Assembly (NCBI GenBank): GCA_944391415.1
Contig: CALXTM010000005.1
Span: 17,433-81,432, forward strand
Source of the DNA: an uncultured Alphaproteobacteria bacterium
GTDB lineage: Bacteria; Pseudomonadota; Alphaproteobacteria; RF32; CAG-239
DNA length: 64,000 nucleotides
Direction of reading: 5' to 3'
The position numbers were made by a program, and so were the translations under genes. Position 1 is the stretch's first letter. Each line of letters begins with the position of its first letter. The notes under the pieces were generated by a model. That model searched no databases. It was not told the DNA's origin and saw only the letters and a program-made list of their open reading frames with translations. Below are positions 46,732 through 57,208 of this stretch, in pieces.

Positions 46732-47841
46732 TTAGCCATCTTCCAAATGCAGCAACAATGACACAGCCACCGATCCGACAATAATCGTTGGGGCCACCAC
46801 CGCCAACGCCACCGGAAGATTACCGCTGTTTCCCATTGCATAAACTACTTGTGACAAAAAATAGGCCGAGAACCCGGTCACAATTCCGCCCACAATCAAA
46901 AACATTACTCCTCCGCGACGATTGTTGGGGCGCAACGCAAATACCGCCGCCATCAAAACCATTGTTACCAAAAACAACGGCGACACTACCAATGACCAAA
47001 ATCTCATCTGGTGTCTCTGAGTGGCAAATCCCGATTTATCATAAAAACTTATCACCTTTGGCAGTTTCCAAAACGAAATCGCCTCCGGCTCCACAAAATT
47101 ATCTTGAATTTTGCCTATATCCAAAACAGTTTTATAACGCATACTGTTTAGGTTTTCGGTTGGTTTTCCGGCCGCAAAAATTTTAACATCTTTCAAATCA
47201 AAAAAGCCTTTTTCCAACACTCCGGCAAAAGCCTCAATCTGTCTCACCGGCTGTGATTTTGCATCAAGCTCGGTAATACTCACTCCTCTGAGCAACAAAT
47301 TTTGCCCTTTTTCCTGGCGCAAATCCTGAGCCTGCAACACCATAACCTTGTCCTCGCCTATTGCTTCTCTTATCCACAATCCCTCATCAGAAAACAGCAT
47401 TGCCGACGGATCTCTGGTTTCCATCCTCTGTTCAAGTGTTTGAAACATATTATACAAATCAGCCGCCACCGGATTAACCAACATCACATTAATCACGCCC
47501 ACCACAAAAGTTGCCAAACAAACCGGAGTTAAGAACCCCCATATTGACACCCCAGCCGAGCGCATCACCACAAATTCATTATTTTTGCTCAATCGCCAAA
47601 AAGTAATCATTGCGGCAATCATCATCACAAACGGAAATACCTGTTCCACCGTTTTGGGCAATCTTGCCACGGCCAATTGTACGGCAAACCATACATCCAA
47701 ATCATCCCTGCCGGCAATACGCCGCAAGCGTTCGACCATTTCAAACAAAAAGATAATACCAAGTATAATTAACAACACTGCCAAAAAATTAAAAATAATT
47801 TGCCGTGTTAAATATCTTCCCAAAATAGAATTAGGTTTCAT
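46732..47841 (-). CDS. lptG: LPS export ABC transporter permease, LptF/LptG family (probably LptG)
   Basis: 369 aa with the N-terminal ILGRYLTRQI pattern, 6 TM helices and a periplasmic beta-jellyroll insert between TM3 and TM4. Confidence 0.75.
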   Translation of the reverse strand: MKPNSILGRYLTRQIIFNFLAVLLIILGIIFLFEMVERLRRIAGRDDLDVWFAVQLAVARLPKTVEQVFPFVMMIAAMITFWRLSKNNEFVVMRSAGVSIWGFLTPVCLATFVVGVINVMLVNPVAADLYNMFQTLEQRMETRDPSAMLFSDEGLWIREAIGEDKVMVLQAQDLRQEKGQNLLLRGVSITELDAKSQPVRQIEAFAGVLEKGFFDLKDVKIFAAGKPTENLNSMRYKTVLDIGKIQDNFVEPEAISFWKLPKVISFYDKSGFATQRHQMRFWSLVVSPLFLVTMVLMAAVFALRPNNRRGGVMFLIVGGIVTGFSAYFLSQVVYAMGNSGNLPVALAVVAPTIIVGSVAVSLLLHLEDG

Positions 47842-47921
47842 TGTTACCTTTGTCTACAAGCTGTTATGTTTTTTAAACACTATGCAAAAAACCTTTTTTA
47901 TGCAAGCCCAAAAACAAACTT

Positions 47922-48845
47922 TTACTTCAATTGCGAAATATAGTTATTAATTGCATCCGGCAATATTACCACAATATTTTTATTGCTAAAACTTTCTCGC
48001 GTTGCCAAATCAACGGCAGCCACCATTGCTGCCCCTGCCGACACTCCGATCGGCAATCCTTCTGTTTGTGCCACTGCTTTGGCCATATCCCAAGCATCAT
48101 CATCTTCAACATCAAAAACCTCATTAACCTGTTTTTTGTCATACAATGGCGGAACAAATCCCGCGCCGATACCGGGAATATTGTGCACTCCTTTTTCTCC
48201 GCCTGACAACACCGGACTTTTTTTGGGCTCAACCGCAACCACATAAAGCTCCGGATTTGACGATCGCAAAGCCTGGGCGATTCCGCTCAAAGTCCCTGCC
48301 GTGCCGACTGCGGCCACCAACACATCAACCTCGCCTGCCATATCGGCCAAAATTTCCGTACTGGTATAAAATAAATGCGCATTTTTATTGGCTTGATTTG
48401 CAAATTGTTTCAGCATAACCACCTTATCCGATTTTTCGGCCAAAATCTCCGCTTTGGCAATTGCTCCCTGCATTCCGTCTTCTTTAGGCGTCAAAATAAC
48501 ATCTGCCCCAAAATGCTTAATCATCTTTATTTTTTCTTCCGAGGTGTTCTCCGGCGCAACAACCAACGCTTTCAGCCCTTTGGCCGCACAAATTGCCGCC
48601 ATTGCCACACCGACGTTTCCGCTGGTTGCCTCAACAAAGACCGTATCATCGTCAATATTTTTATGTTCGATTGCATCTTCTATCATATTGTAAGTTGCTC
48701 TGTCCTTAATCGAAAACAGCGGATTATAAAACTCACACTTACCAAAGATATTGGCTTTCAGCGCCAATTTTTTCTTCAAATTGGCAAACTCAAACATTGG
48801 CGTTTTACCAATCATCTGTTCCAAAGAGCTATACACCTTCCGCAT
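47922..48845 (-). CDS. cysK: Cysteine synthase (O-acetylserine sulfhydrylase)
   Basis: NPLFSIKDR (PLP-binding Lys), ATSGNVG, GTAGT. Confidence 0.88.
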   Translation of the reverse strand: MRKVYSSLEQMIGKTPMFEFANLKKKLALKANIFGKCEFYNPLFSIKDRATYNMIEDAIEHKNIDDDTVFVEATSGNVGVAMAAICAAKGLKALVVAPENTSEEKIKMIKHFGADVILTPKEDGMQGAIAKAEILAEKSDKVVMLKQFANQANKNAHLFYTSTEILADMAGEVDVLVAAVGTAGTLSGIAQALRSSNPELYVVAVEPKKSPVLSGGEKGVHNIPGIGAGFVPPLYDKKQVNEVFDVEDDDAWDMAKAVAQTEGLPIGVSAGAAMVAAVDLATRESFSNKNIVVILPDAINNYISQLK

Positions 48846-48957
48846 TGGTCTAAAATTCCTCTTATTTTGTTTATAAAGCTTAAAAACATATAGACCTCTA
48901 TAGCAGGAATCTGCTATTATTGCAACGATTAAAAAACACCTAACGGATAAATAAGAA

Positions 48958-49530
48958 ATGAAATATTTTATGGCTTTTATGACTTTGTTATTTATTGCTT
49001 TGCTGCCAGATGCATCACTTGCGGCTTCCAGCCTTGATGAGCTCTATCGCGACATTATCCGTTCTGACAATCAAGGTTATCTTCCTCTTTTTGTTAAAAA
49101 CCGCAAAGTTCCGGGCGATTTATTAATTGACGAGGATAACATATCCTCTATCAAACATCTTCAGCCGGCCCCTGTTGACGGCAATACCGAAATAATTAAT
49201 CTATCCAACACCTATGGCCGAGATTCTGTCCTGGCCAAAGCCCGCCAACAACAATGGCTTAAAACCGTTGCCGCCGTAAAATCAAACCAGGTCACCCCTT
49301 TTGAGCTCAACGACATCACCTCGCGCGTCAAAGAAAACGACCCCAAAGCAACCGAGATTTTGGCCTGGATGTATACCAAAGGTATCGGTGTTAACCCTGA
49401 TTTTGTAACAGCCTTTAATCTTTATAAAAAAGCGGCCTCTCTTAATGTTGCAAATGCCGACAAAAATGCATCTCTTGTTTACAAATCAATGAACGACGAA
49501 CAGCGTCGACTTGTTAAAAACAACCGCTAA
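48958..49530 (+). CDS. Secreted Sel1-like repeat protein
   Basis: Signal peptide MKYFMAFMTLLFIALLPDASLA. ATEILAWMYTKGIGVNPDFVTAFNLYKKAA fits the Sel1 (SLR) repeat consensus. Confidence 0.55.
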   Translation: MKYFMAFMTLLFIALLPDASLAASSLDELYRDIIRSDNQGYLPLFVKNRKVPGDLLIDEDNISSIKHLQPAPVDGNTEIINLSNTYGRDSVLAKARQQQWLKTVAAVKSNQVTPFELNDITSRVKENDPKATEILAWMYTKGIGVNPDFVTAFNLYKKAASLNVANADKNASLVYKSMNDEQRRLVKNNR

Positions 49531-50192
49531 GCTCCTTCTTCGGCCTCTTTTATCAGTTCTTTTACAAACCCTTTAAGCCCGACTTGACGCACTCTGCGCA
49601 TTCTTTCACCCGAAATTATTTTTTGGATTTTGGTAACTGTTTCTTGCAGGCTTACATTAACGATAACATAATCAAATTCATCCCAATGGCTGACCTTATC
49701 CAATATAATACTCATTCTTTTTTCGATTACCTCTTTGCTGTCGGTCCCTCTTCCCTCCAACCTTTTGCGCAATTCTTTTATTGACGGCGGCAACAAATAA
49801 ATTGTGACCACATCATCTTTGGCCTTTTTGCGCATCTGCCTGGCTCCGGCCCAATCCATATCAAACAAAACATCCTGCCCGACATTAATAAAACTGTCCA
49901 CTTCCGAACGCAATGTTCCATAGCGCGATCCATATTGAGAATCAACATATTCATAAAAAGCATCTTGCGCCAAAAATTCATCATACTGTTTGTCGGTTAC
50001 AAAATAATAGTCGACACCTTCGACCTCGCCCGGACGAGGCTGTCTGGTTGTAACCGAGACGGAAAATTTGATATTTTTATCATTTTTCAACAACTCTTTT
50101 ATCACGGTTCCCTTGCCCGTACCCGAAGGAGCCTCGATAATAAACATTGCACCTTTCCGCACCTTGCGTAAACGATCAATAATTTCATCCAT
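49527..50192 (-). CDS. gmk: Guanylate kinase
   Basis: P-loop APSGTGKGT and SVSVTTRQPRPGEVEGVDYYF. Confidence 0.93.
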   Translation of the reverse strand: MDEIIDRLRKVRKGAMFIIEAPSGTGKGTVIKELLKNDKNIKFSVSVTTRQPRPGEVEGVDYYFVTDKQYDEFLAQDAFYEYVDSQYGSRYGTLRSEVDSFINVGQDVLFDMDWAGARQMRKKAKDDVVTIYLLPPSIKELRKRLEGRGTDSKEVIEKRMSIILDKVSHWDEFDYVIVNVSLQETVTKIQKIISGERMRRVRQVGLKGFVKELIKEAEEGA

Positions 50193-50204
50193 ATTTTTAG
50201 CTCC

Positions 50205-51107
50205 TTATTCTATATTTTGCACTTGTTCTCTAAACTGTTCGATCAGCGCTTTCAGCTCCATACCCAAATTAGTAATGGCAATATCGCACGCTTTTGAGCA
50301 GGTTGTATTTGCCTCGCGATTAAGCTCTTGGCATAAGAAATCAAGCTTTCGTCCGACGGCCTCTTCTGCTGTCAACAATTGCTCTGCCGATTTTATATGT
50401 GCTTTCAACCGGTCTATTTCTTCTCTTATATCAGCCTTGGTAACCAAAAAAACTATTTCCTGCGCCAATCTGTCCTCACTGATTTCTACATCTTTGGCAT
50501 ATTGGGCCAGCATTTCTTTTAGTTTGTCTTTAATTTTTTCGGGCAAACCATCTGCCAGCTTTTCTATTTTGGCGGTAACCTCGGCAATATTGTGCAATAT
50601 TTTTACCAAAGCCTCTTTAATTTTTGCCCCTTCTTTTTGTCTTGCCACGCACAACTCGCCACATAATTTTTCAAAATCATCCGCCATTTTTTGCCTGATT
50701 TTTTGTTGCTCTGCCTCATCTAAGGTGCACTCTTCCAACTCCAAGACCCCCTTTTGTGCCAACAATTCTGCCGCCGACGGTTTTGCCAATTTATCTTTAT
50801 ATTTTTCGCTCAAGGCTATTGCCTTTTCGGTTAAATTTGCAAGCAAACTCTCATCGATTTTGAGTTTTTTGGTCATGGTTTCGGTTGCCACATCCAAACA
50901 AACGCTGACATTGCCGCGGCACAAATATTTTGTGGCTCTGGCCCGCAAATCAAACGCCATATCGTCATATTCGCTCGGCAATCTGAATTTTATATCCAAA
51001 TTCTTGCCGTTAACGCTTTTTATTTCCCAAATCCAATTTATATTTTCATTATCAGTTTGCAAATTACCGTTAACTCTTGCAAACCCGGTCATGCTTGCTA
51101 TACTCAA
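50205..51107 (-). CDS. yicC: YicC-family stress-induced protein
   Basis: SMTGFARV N-terminus and a C-terminal ...REANT...K...EQFREQVQNIE block. 300 aa. Confidence 0.85.
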   Translation of the reverse strand: MSIASMTGFARVNGNLQTDNENINWIWEIKSVNGKNLDIKFRLPSEYDDMAFDLRARATKYLCRGNVSVCLDVATETMTKKLKIDESLLANLTEKAIALSEKYKDKLAKPSAAELLAQKGVLELEECTLDEAEQQKIRQKMADDFEKLCGELCVARQKEGAKIKEALVKILHNIAEVTAKIEKLADGLPEKIKDKLKEMLAQYAKDVEISEDRLAQEIVFLVTKADIREEIDRLKAHIKSAEQLLTAEEAVGRKLDFLCQELNREANTTCSKACDIAITNLGMELKALIEQFREQVQNIE

Positions 51108-51184
51108 ACTGCTGCTCCTTTACGAATACTCAATTTTGCAGCCATTATAAAACCAAAAGTTTAATAAGTTTTTAAGGAGGCTTT

Positions 51185-51946
51185 ATGTCAAAATTCAACC
51201 ATATTCTGATCACCGGTGCTTCATCTGGTATTGGAGCGGCTTTAGCTGTCTATTATGCATCTCACGGTGCCCAAAGAATTTCAATTTGTGGCCGCAATCA
51301 ATCCCGTCTTGAAGAAATTGCCGCCAAATGCCGCAGTTTCGGATGCGAAGTTTTTCCCCGGCAACTTGATGTATCAGATGCCCCCGCTACCCAGCAATGG
51401 ATTGAAGAATGCAATGCTCAAATGCCCCTCAACTTGGTTTTTGCCAATGCCGGCGTTGCCACCATCGAAGAAACACCGCAAAATGTTCGCAACACCTTTA
51501 ACATTAATGTTATGGGGGTGGTAAACACCGTTTTACCGACCATTGAATTATTTAAAAAATCCCCATCTGCCCAGCTCAAACAAATTGTTATCATCTCATC
51601 TGTTGCAGGCTATCATGGCATGCCGACCTGCCCTTCTTATTCTGCCTCCAAAGCATGCGTCAAAGCCTGGGGTGAGGGTTTGCGGTTATCCTTAAAGAAA
51701 TTGGGCATTGGTGTTTCGGTTGTTTGTCCTGGGTTTATTCGTTCACGTATTACCGCCCAAAACACCTGTCCGATGCCCTTTTTCATGGAAGCCGATGCTG
51801 CCGCTGCAATTATCGCCTCAAGAGTTGAAAACAACATCGGCCTCATCGCTTTCCCCTGGCCGATGCGGCTAATGGTATGGCTTGGCTCGATTCTGCCCAA
51901 TTGCTTGAGCGATTTTATTTATGAAAGGCTGCCCTATAAAGTCTAA
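51185..51946 (+). CDS. Short-chain dehydrogenase/reductase (SDR)
   Basis: ITGASSGIGAALA cofactor motif, NAG, and the YSASK catalytic motif. Confidence 0.8.
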   Translation: MSKFNHILITGASSGIGAALAVYYASHGAQRISICGRNQSRLEEIAAKCRSFGCEVFPRQLDVSDAPATQQWIEECNAQMPLNLVFANAGVATIEETPQNVRNTFNINVMGVVNTVLPTIELFKKSPSAQLKQIVIISSVAGYHGMPTCPSYSASKACVKAWGEGLRLSLKKLGIGVSVVCPGFIRSRITAQNTCPMPFFMEADAAAAIIASRVENNIGLIAFPWPMRLMVWLGSILPNCLSDFIYERLPYKV

Positions 51947-53202
51947 GAATTTTTAATTGCTTTGGCTCTGATTAAATACCACAAAATAAACAGTCCCGGC
52001 AACGCCATCAATGTCGTAATTCCAAAAAACTCTTGCCATGTCATCGCCGTTGCCGCCAGTCCTGAAGTTGCGGCAAACAAATCTCTGGCAGCGCCCATAA
52101 AAGACGACAACAAAGCATATTGCGTCGCCGTATATTTTTTATTGCACAAGGAAGACAAATATGCCACAAATGCCGCTGTACCCATTCCCCCCGAAATATT
52201 TTCAATAAAAATATTTACCATCAAAACCTGAGCGTTGTTTCCGGCATAGGCTTGGCCGACATATACCAAATTTGATATTCCCTGCAAAATACCGCAAATA
52301 ACCAAAGCCTTCACCAACCCGATTCTTGCCACAACCACTCCGCCGACCACTGTTCCCAAAATTGTTGCAACTACGCCGTATATCTTGATAATCGAGGCAA
52401 TCTGAATTTTCGAAAATCCCATATCATCAAAAAAAGGATATGCCATTGGCGCCACGTAAGCATCGCTCATTCGATAAAAAAAGATAAACAATAAAATCCA
52501 CACCCACTTATCTCTTTTCATAAAATCGGTAAACGGTTTTACCACGGCATTAACCACCGTTGCCCTCACAGTTTTGGGCTTGGACGGCCTATTATCATCC
52601 GGTTCCTTGGACACCAAAACCGTAACCAACCCAACCAAAACCCCTGCTGCCATCACCTGATAAACCGTTGACCAATTCCAAAATTCAGCCATAAACAAAG
52701 CTCCGGTGCCCGAAAATATTGTGCCAACTCTATATCCCAACACAAACACCGCCACCCCGGCTGCTTGTTCTTTGGGCCTAAATCTTTCAATACGATAGGC
52801 ATCCAAAACAATATCTTGCGACGCCGAAAACAACGCCGCCAAAACCACCCAAAAAGCAAACAACATCGGCGAGATACCTGGGTTAGTCACAGACATTGCG
52901 ACCAATGCCGCCATCAACAGTATTTGCAGCAAGACGGCCCAGCTTCTGCGTCGCCCCAATCGTCCAAGCACCGGCAATCTAAATTGGTCAATAATCGGTG
53001 AAAACAACCACTTAAAACTATAAGGAATTTTAACCAGTGAGAATATTCCTATTGCGGCCAAAGAAATTCCCACATCTTTCAGCCACAACGACAAGGTTGA
53101 AGACACCAGCAAAAACGGCAGCCCTGACACAAACCCCAATAACAGCATAACAGCCATTCTTCTGTCTGCATAAACTCGCAGCGCTTTTAACCATGTTTTC
53201 AT
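51943..53202 (-). CDS. ampG: AmpG-family muropeptide MFS transporter
   Basis: LLLGFVSGLPFLLVSSTLSLWLKDVGISL N-terminal signature. 419 aa, about 12 TM. Confidence 0.75.
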   Translation of the reverse strand: MKTWLKALRVYADRRMAVMLLLGFVSGLPFLLVSSTLSLWLKDVGISLAAIGIFSLVKIPYSFKWLFSPIIDQFRLPVLGRLGRRRSWAVLLQILLMAALVAMSVTNPGISPMLFAFWVVLAALFSASQDIVLDAYRIERFRPKEQAAGVAVFVLGYRVGTIFSGTGALFMAEFWNWSTVYQVMAAGVLVGLVTVLVSKEPDDNRPSKPKTVRATVVNAVVKPFTDFMKRDKWVWILLFIFFYRMSDAYVAPMAYPFFDDMGFSKIQIASIIKIYGVVATILGTVVGGVVVARIGLVKALVICGILQGISNLVYVGQAYAGNNAQVLMVNIFIENISGGMGTAAFVAYLSSLCNKKYTATQYALLSSFMGAARDLFAATSGLAATAMTWQEFFGITTLMALPGLFILWYLIRAKAIKNS

Positions 53203-53274
53203 TGGCTCTCTCCTTGCATTTTCATAGCCACCATAGCAAACAAATCATAAAATTTAATTAAGATTCCTCCAACA

Positions 53275-53306
53275 AATAAAGCCTCTTAAAAAAGAGGCTT
53301 TATTTG
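53275..53306 (-). terminator. Terminator of the pyrophosphatase gene
   Basis: aaataaagcctctt pairs with aagaggctttattt. Confidence 0.65.
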
Positions 53307-53321
53307 CTGTTATCGATTTAT

Positions 53322-55751
53322 CTAATCCTTGTTTGCCGGTTCGATTCTCATGGCGTAGAACGAACGCCATACAAAAATCAAACCCAAAACAAAAAAGGCA
53401 ATTCCCAATCCGATTGACACACATCTCGGTGCGGCTACAGCCATCTCAACAGCCAACAGTCCGAACAATGTGGTAAATTTAATAATCGGATTTAAGGCAA
53501 CCGACGATGTATCCTTATATGGATCTCCGACGGTATCTCCCACAACCGTTGCATCATGCAATGGTGTTCCCTTTTCATTCAAATCGACCTCTACCACTTT
53601 TTTGGCATTATCCCAAGCACCGCCGGCATTAGCCATATACAATGCCTGAAACAACCCAAATACCGCAATTGAGATCAAATAGCTGGCAAATAAGTTTGCA
53701 TCAAAACAAGCAAATGCAATTGTGAAAGAGAATATCACGATAAAGATGTTAAACATTCCCTTTTGCGCATACAAAGTACAAATTTGCACAACTTTCTTTG
53801 AATCTTCAATTGATGCGGCTTTAGCCGTATTAAGCTTAATGTGTTTTTTAATATAATTTACTGCACGATAAGCCCCGGTTGAAACGGCTTGCATCGAAGC
53901 CCCCGAGAACCAAAAGATAACCGCGCCACCCAAGATAATGCCAAACAAAACCTCGGGATCCAGCAAATTAAGTTGAAGATTAAGCAACAATATAATTGAA
54001 AAGATCATGGTTGTTGCCCCGATAACCGCCGTTCCGATTAATACCGGTTTAGCTGTCGCCTTAAAGGTGTTTCCGGCCGAATCATTTTCTTCCAAGAAAT
54101 GTTTACCACCTTCAAAATCAGGCTTAAAACCATAGTCTTTTTCAATTTCTTTATTAATACCTTTGATGCTTTCAATCTGTGACAGCTCAAACACCGATTG
54201 CGCATTATCGGTTACAGGGCCGTAAGAGTCCACGGCAATTGTAACCGGTCCCATGCCAAGCATACCAAATGCAACCAAACCAAACGCAAATACCGTCGGA
54301 TATACCATAAATCCATCCAACCCCTCGCGAGCGGTAAAGAAAGCCACAGCCATCAACCCTACCATGACCAATCCCTGCCAAAATGCCGAGAAGTTACCGG
54401 CAACAATACCCGATATAATATTGAGCGATGCACCGGCCTCACGCGAAGCATTAACCACTTCTTCAACATGTTTTGACTTTGACGAGGTAAATATTTTGGT
54501 AAATTCCGGAATTAATGCCGCGGCCAAAGTACCGCAAGAAATAATAACCGAAAGTTTCCACCACAAATCAGCGTCAATTCCGCCAATCATAACATACGAA
54601 ACGCCAAATGTTACCAAAATCGATATAATCGACGTTGTCCAAATTAACCCGGTCAACGGTGTTTCAAAGTTAAATGATTGTTTGTTGCCAAATCTGATTT
54701 TTGACACTGCTCCGTTCAACCAATAAGAAACAATCGAGGTCAAAATCATCAACAACCTCATGGCAAAAATCCACACAATCAACCTTGCCTGGATATCAAT
54801 GCCATTTTGCATCATAACCAAATCACCGTTTGAGGCATACATCATACCGGCACCCAAAACAATAAAGCTGATTAAGGCCACACCGGTAACGCCATAGGTT
54901 TCAAAGCCATCGGCGGTTGGTCCAACCGAATCACCGGCATTATCACCCGTACAATCGGCAATTACCCCCGGATTTCTTGCATCATCTTCATCAATTTTGA
55001 AAATAATCTTCATTAAATCGGCACCAATATCGGCAATTTTGGTAAAAATACCACCGCAAATACGCAACGCCGAGGCACCAAGCGATTCGCCTATGGCAAA
55101 ACCGATAAAGCAAGCCCCTGCATTTTCCTTATTAACAAACAGCAAGATAGAAATCATCATTACCAATTCAACACATATTAACAAAACGCCGATTGACATG
55201 CCCGAACGCAACGGCAAATTCATTACCGGATAAGGCTTTCCTCTAAGCGACAAAAAAGCCGTACGCGAGTTGGCATAAGTATTAATCCTCATACCAAACC
55301 AAGCCACCGTATACGAACCCAGAATACCCAAGATTGACCAAGCCAAAACCGTCAATACCTTAGGCAGCGGTGTCGCATTAAGATAATAAAAATAGTAGAA
55401 TATGCATGCAGCAATAAACACCTCTAAAACAACCAACAACTTGGCTTGCTGGCGCATATAGGTTTTGCATGTCTCATAAATCGTATGCGATACATTAAGC
55501 ATAGCCTTATGAGCAGGCATCCTTTTAATTCCTACAAACTCATATAATCCAAACAAAAATCCAAATACGCATATTGCCAAACCGTAGAACAAAATCTGCG
55601 ATCCGGTAATGCTTAATCCGAATATATTATATTGAACGTCCAGCGACGGAATTTTCAAATCAATTTCCGAAGCAAATGCAGCGTTGGTCATAGCCAAAAA
55701 AACAGCAAACAGCCAACCTGCCAGTTTACTTCCTTTTTTTAGGTTTATCAT
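53322..55751 (-). CDS. hppA: Membrane-bound proton/sodium-translocating pyrophosphatase, divergent
   Basis: The ATG at 55751 follows gagga. Motifs GGIFTKIADIGADL, NPGVIADCTGDNAGDSVGP, GNTFKATAKP and DTVGDPYKDT are present. 809 aa. Confidence 0.85.
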   Translation of the reverse strand: MINLKKGSKLAGWLFAVFLAMTNAAFASEIDLKIPSLDVQYNIFGLSITGSQILFYGLAICVFGFLFGLYEFVGIKRMPAHKAMLNVSHTIYETCKTYMRQQAKLLVVLEVFIAACIFYYFYYLNATPLPKVLTVLAWSILGILGSYTVAWFGMRINTYANSRTAFLSLRGKPYPVMNLPLRSGMSIGVLLICVELVMMISILLFVNKENAGACFIGFAIGESLGASALRICGGIFTKIADIGADLMKIIFKIDEDDARNPGVIADCTGDNAGDSVGPTADGFETYGVTGVALISFIVLGAGMMYASNGDLVMMQNGIDIQARLIVWIFAMRLLMILTSIVSYWLNGAVSKIRFGNKQSFNFETPLTGLIWTTSIISILVTFGVSYVMIGGIDADLWWKLSVIISCGTLAAALIPEFTKIFTSSKSKHVEEVVNASREAGASLNIISGIVAGNFSAFWQGLVMVGLMAVAFFTAREGLDGFMVYPTVFAFGLVAFGMLGMGPVTIAVDSYGPVTDNAQSVFELSQIESIKGINKEIEKDYGFKPDFEGGKHFLEENDSAGNTFKATAKPVLIGTAVIGATTMIFSIILLLNLQLNLLDPEVLFGIILGGAVIFWFSGASMQAVSTGAYRAVNYIKKHIKLNTAKAASIEDSKKVVQICTLYAQKGMFNIFIVIFSFTIAFACFDANLFASYLISIAVFGLFQALYMANAGGAWDNAKKVVEVDLNEKGTPLHDATVVGDTVGDPYKDTSSVALNPIIKFTTLFGLLAVEMAVAAPRCVSIGLGIAFFVLGLIFVWRSFYAMRIEPANKD

Positions 55752-55912
55752 GTCTGATTCCTCAAAACTTAAGGTTAATCCAAAATAACTTAACAAAACA
55801 TGCTCAATTTATCAAAAAATCAAGCTGTCGATTCGTCATGTTATGAGACATAACATAATGCCAAGAGTCTAAACAATCGGTTAAATAAAAGCAATTATGA
55901 GAAGATTCTTTT

Positions 55913-56473
55913 CTACAACATCGTTATAAGGGCAATTGCCAACAGACCATACATTACAACACCCAAAAAATACATTTTTGCCACCTTAAAATCTGCTCTT
56001 GAAGGCATGGCATTTTCAATAATTATGGTCTGTAGCAATACATAAAGTGTGTAATTTAGAAAGGTTGGCTCAATCATCGGCAAGACATATCTGTTAATAT
56101 AAAACCCTATCGGCAGCAGCAACAAAGGAGCCATTGACGCCGGCACTGCATTATAAAAAGTAATATTGGTAAACCCGACACTTCCCATAACATAATTTCC
56201 GTTTTCGCCTTTCCGCGGAATTAAGTTAAAATTACATGGTCTGGCATTTAAAAACCACCCCACCAAAAAATGCATCAATTCATGCAAAACGGTCCCAGGA
56301 ATATTCACCAACGCGCTCATAAACAAAGAACGATACGTTGCATTTTTCAAATGCAACAACACAATCACCAACAATATCAGATAAAACCGATTGTTAAAAA
56401 AGGTTTGCAAAAAATCATAAGAATTAAGCTTTGTTTCCCACTCGATTAATTGGTAGTATATCTGGTTCCACAT
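55913..56473 (-). CDS. Membrane protein with an HExxH motif (zincin / M50B- or DUF3267-like)
   Basis: VLHELMHFLVGW lies within a polytopic membrane protein of 186 aa. Confidence 0.5.
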   Translation of the reverse strand: MWNQIYYQLIEWETKLNSYDFLQTFFNNRFYLILLVIVLLHLKNATYRSLFMSALVNIPGTVLHELMHFLVGWFLNARPCNFNLIPRKGENGNYVMGSVGFTNITFYNAVPASMAPLLLLPIGFYINRYVLPMIEPTFLNYTLYVLLQTIIIENAMPSRADFKVAKMYFLGVVMYGLLAIALITML

Positions 56474-57103
56474 CTATTTTTCTTTCCTCAAACTTGCCAT
56501 TCCGGCAACATAAGTATTCATCAACAACTTACACAAACTGCCGCGGTTAAGCCCTGACTTGGCATTAAGTTTATTTCCCAGCAAATACCCGCTCACCGCA
56601 AAAAGGCTCATTTCCAACACCTTAATTGCCAAACGTTTTTCTTTGGCATTCATGTTTCCGATCAACGGCACGACCTGAAAACTTATTAAAATATCAATTT
56701 TTTTAATAATCCTGGCCTCGGCAATTGTGCTTTTCGGAGCATCGGCAGCCAAATGACGATTATATAGCAAATGCCACAAATTAGGATTCGCCTCGATATA
56801 TGCACTCAGCACATCGGCATAATGATTAAGATTATTAAAAGGATTTTTTGAAAGCACCAAAGAATTCATCTGTTGATAAAGCTCTTGCAAGGTCAAAACA
56901 TTTTGCTCCGCAACGTAATCATCCATTGTCGCAAAAATATTATAAATAACCCCGACGGAGGAATTTGCCGCTTTGGCCAGTTTTCGAGCGCTCAAAGCCT
57001 CAATTCCGTCTTTTTCTACCAAATTACGTCCGCACTTAAGCAAAGCTTTTTTTGTCTCTTCTTTAACAAAAGCCTTGAGCCGCATATCTTTTAAGGTTGC
57101 CAT
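56474..57103 (-). CDS. TetR/AcrR-family transcriptional regulator
   Basis: N-terminal HTH GIEALSARKLAKAANSSVGVIYNIF. The stop codon abuts the start of the downstream HExxH gene. Confidence 0.8.
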   Translation of the reverse strand: MATLKDMRLKAFVKEETKKALLKCGRNLVEKDGIEALSARKLAKAANSSVGVIYNIFATMDDYVAEQNVLTLQELYQQMNSLVLSKNPFNNLNHYADVLSAYIEANPNLWHLLYNRHLAADAPKSTIAEARIIKKIDILISFQVVPLIGNMNAKEKRLAIKVLEMSLFAVSGYLLGNKLNAKSGLNRGSLCKLLMNTYVAGMASLRKEK

Positions 57104-57208
57104 CTTATATCCGCACTTTAATAAAAAATTTGCAATTATATATTTATACTAAAACATATCTTAATCTCTGTTTCAATTTAATTTTATGATATTTTAAGGA
57201 TATTTTTG

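Noticed and set aside
50068-51150. A 360-aa ORF on the plus strand, the longest unassigned ORF in the track.
   Set aside because: It lies entirely antisense to gmk and yicC. Its translation is low-complexity S/F/I/L/A, which is the mirror of the K/E-rich genes opposite. It has no RBS or promoter. It is a shadow ORF. The same reasoning applies to 46073..46666 (antisense to rimP), 30305..30775 (fabG), 26993..27772 (pnp), 35253..35783 (ybgF), 8282..8740 (groES) and 6576..7037 (groEL).
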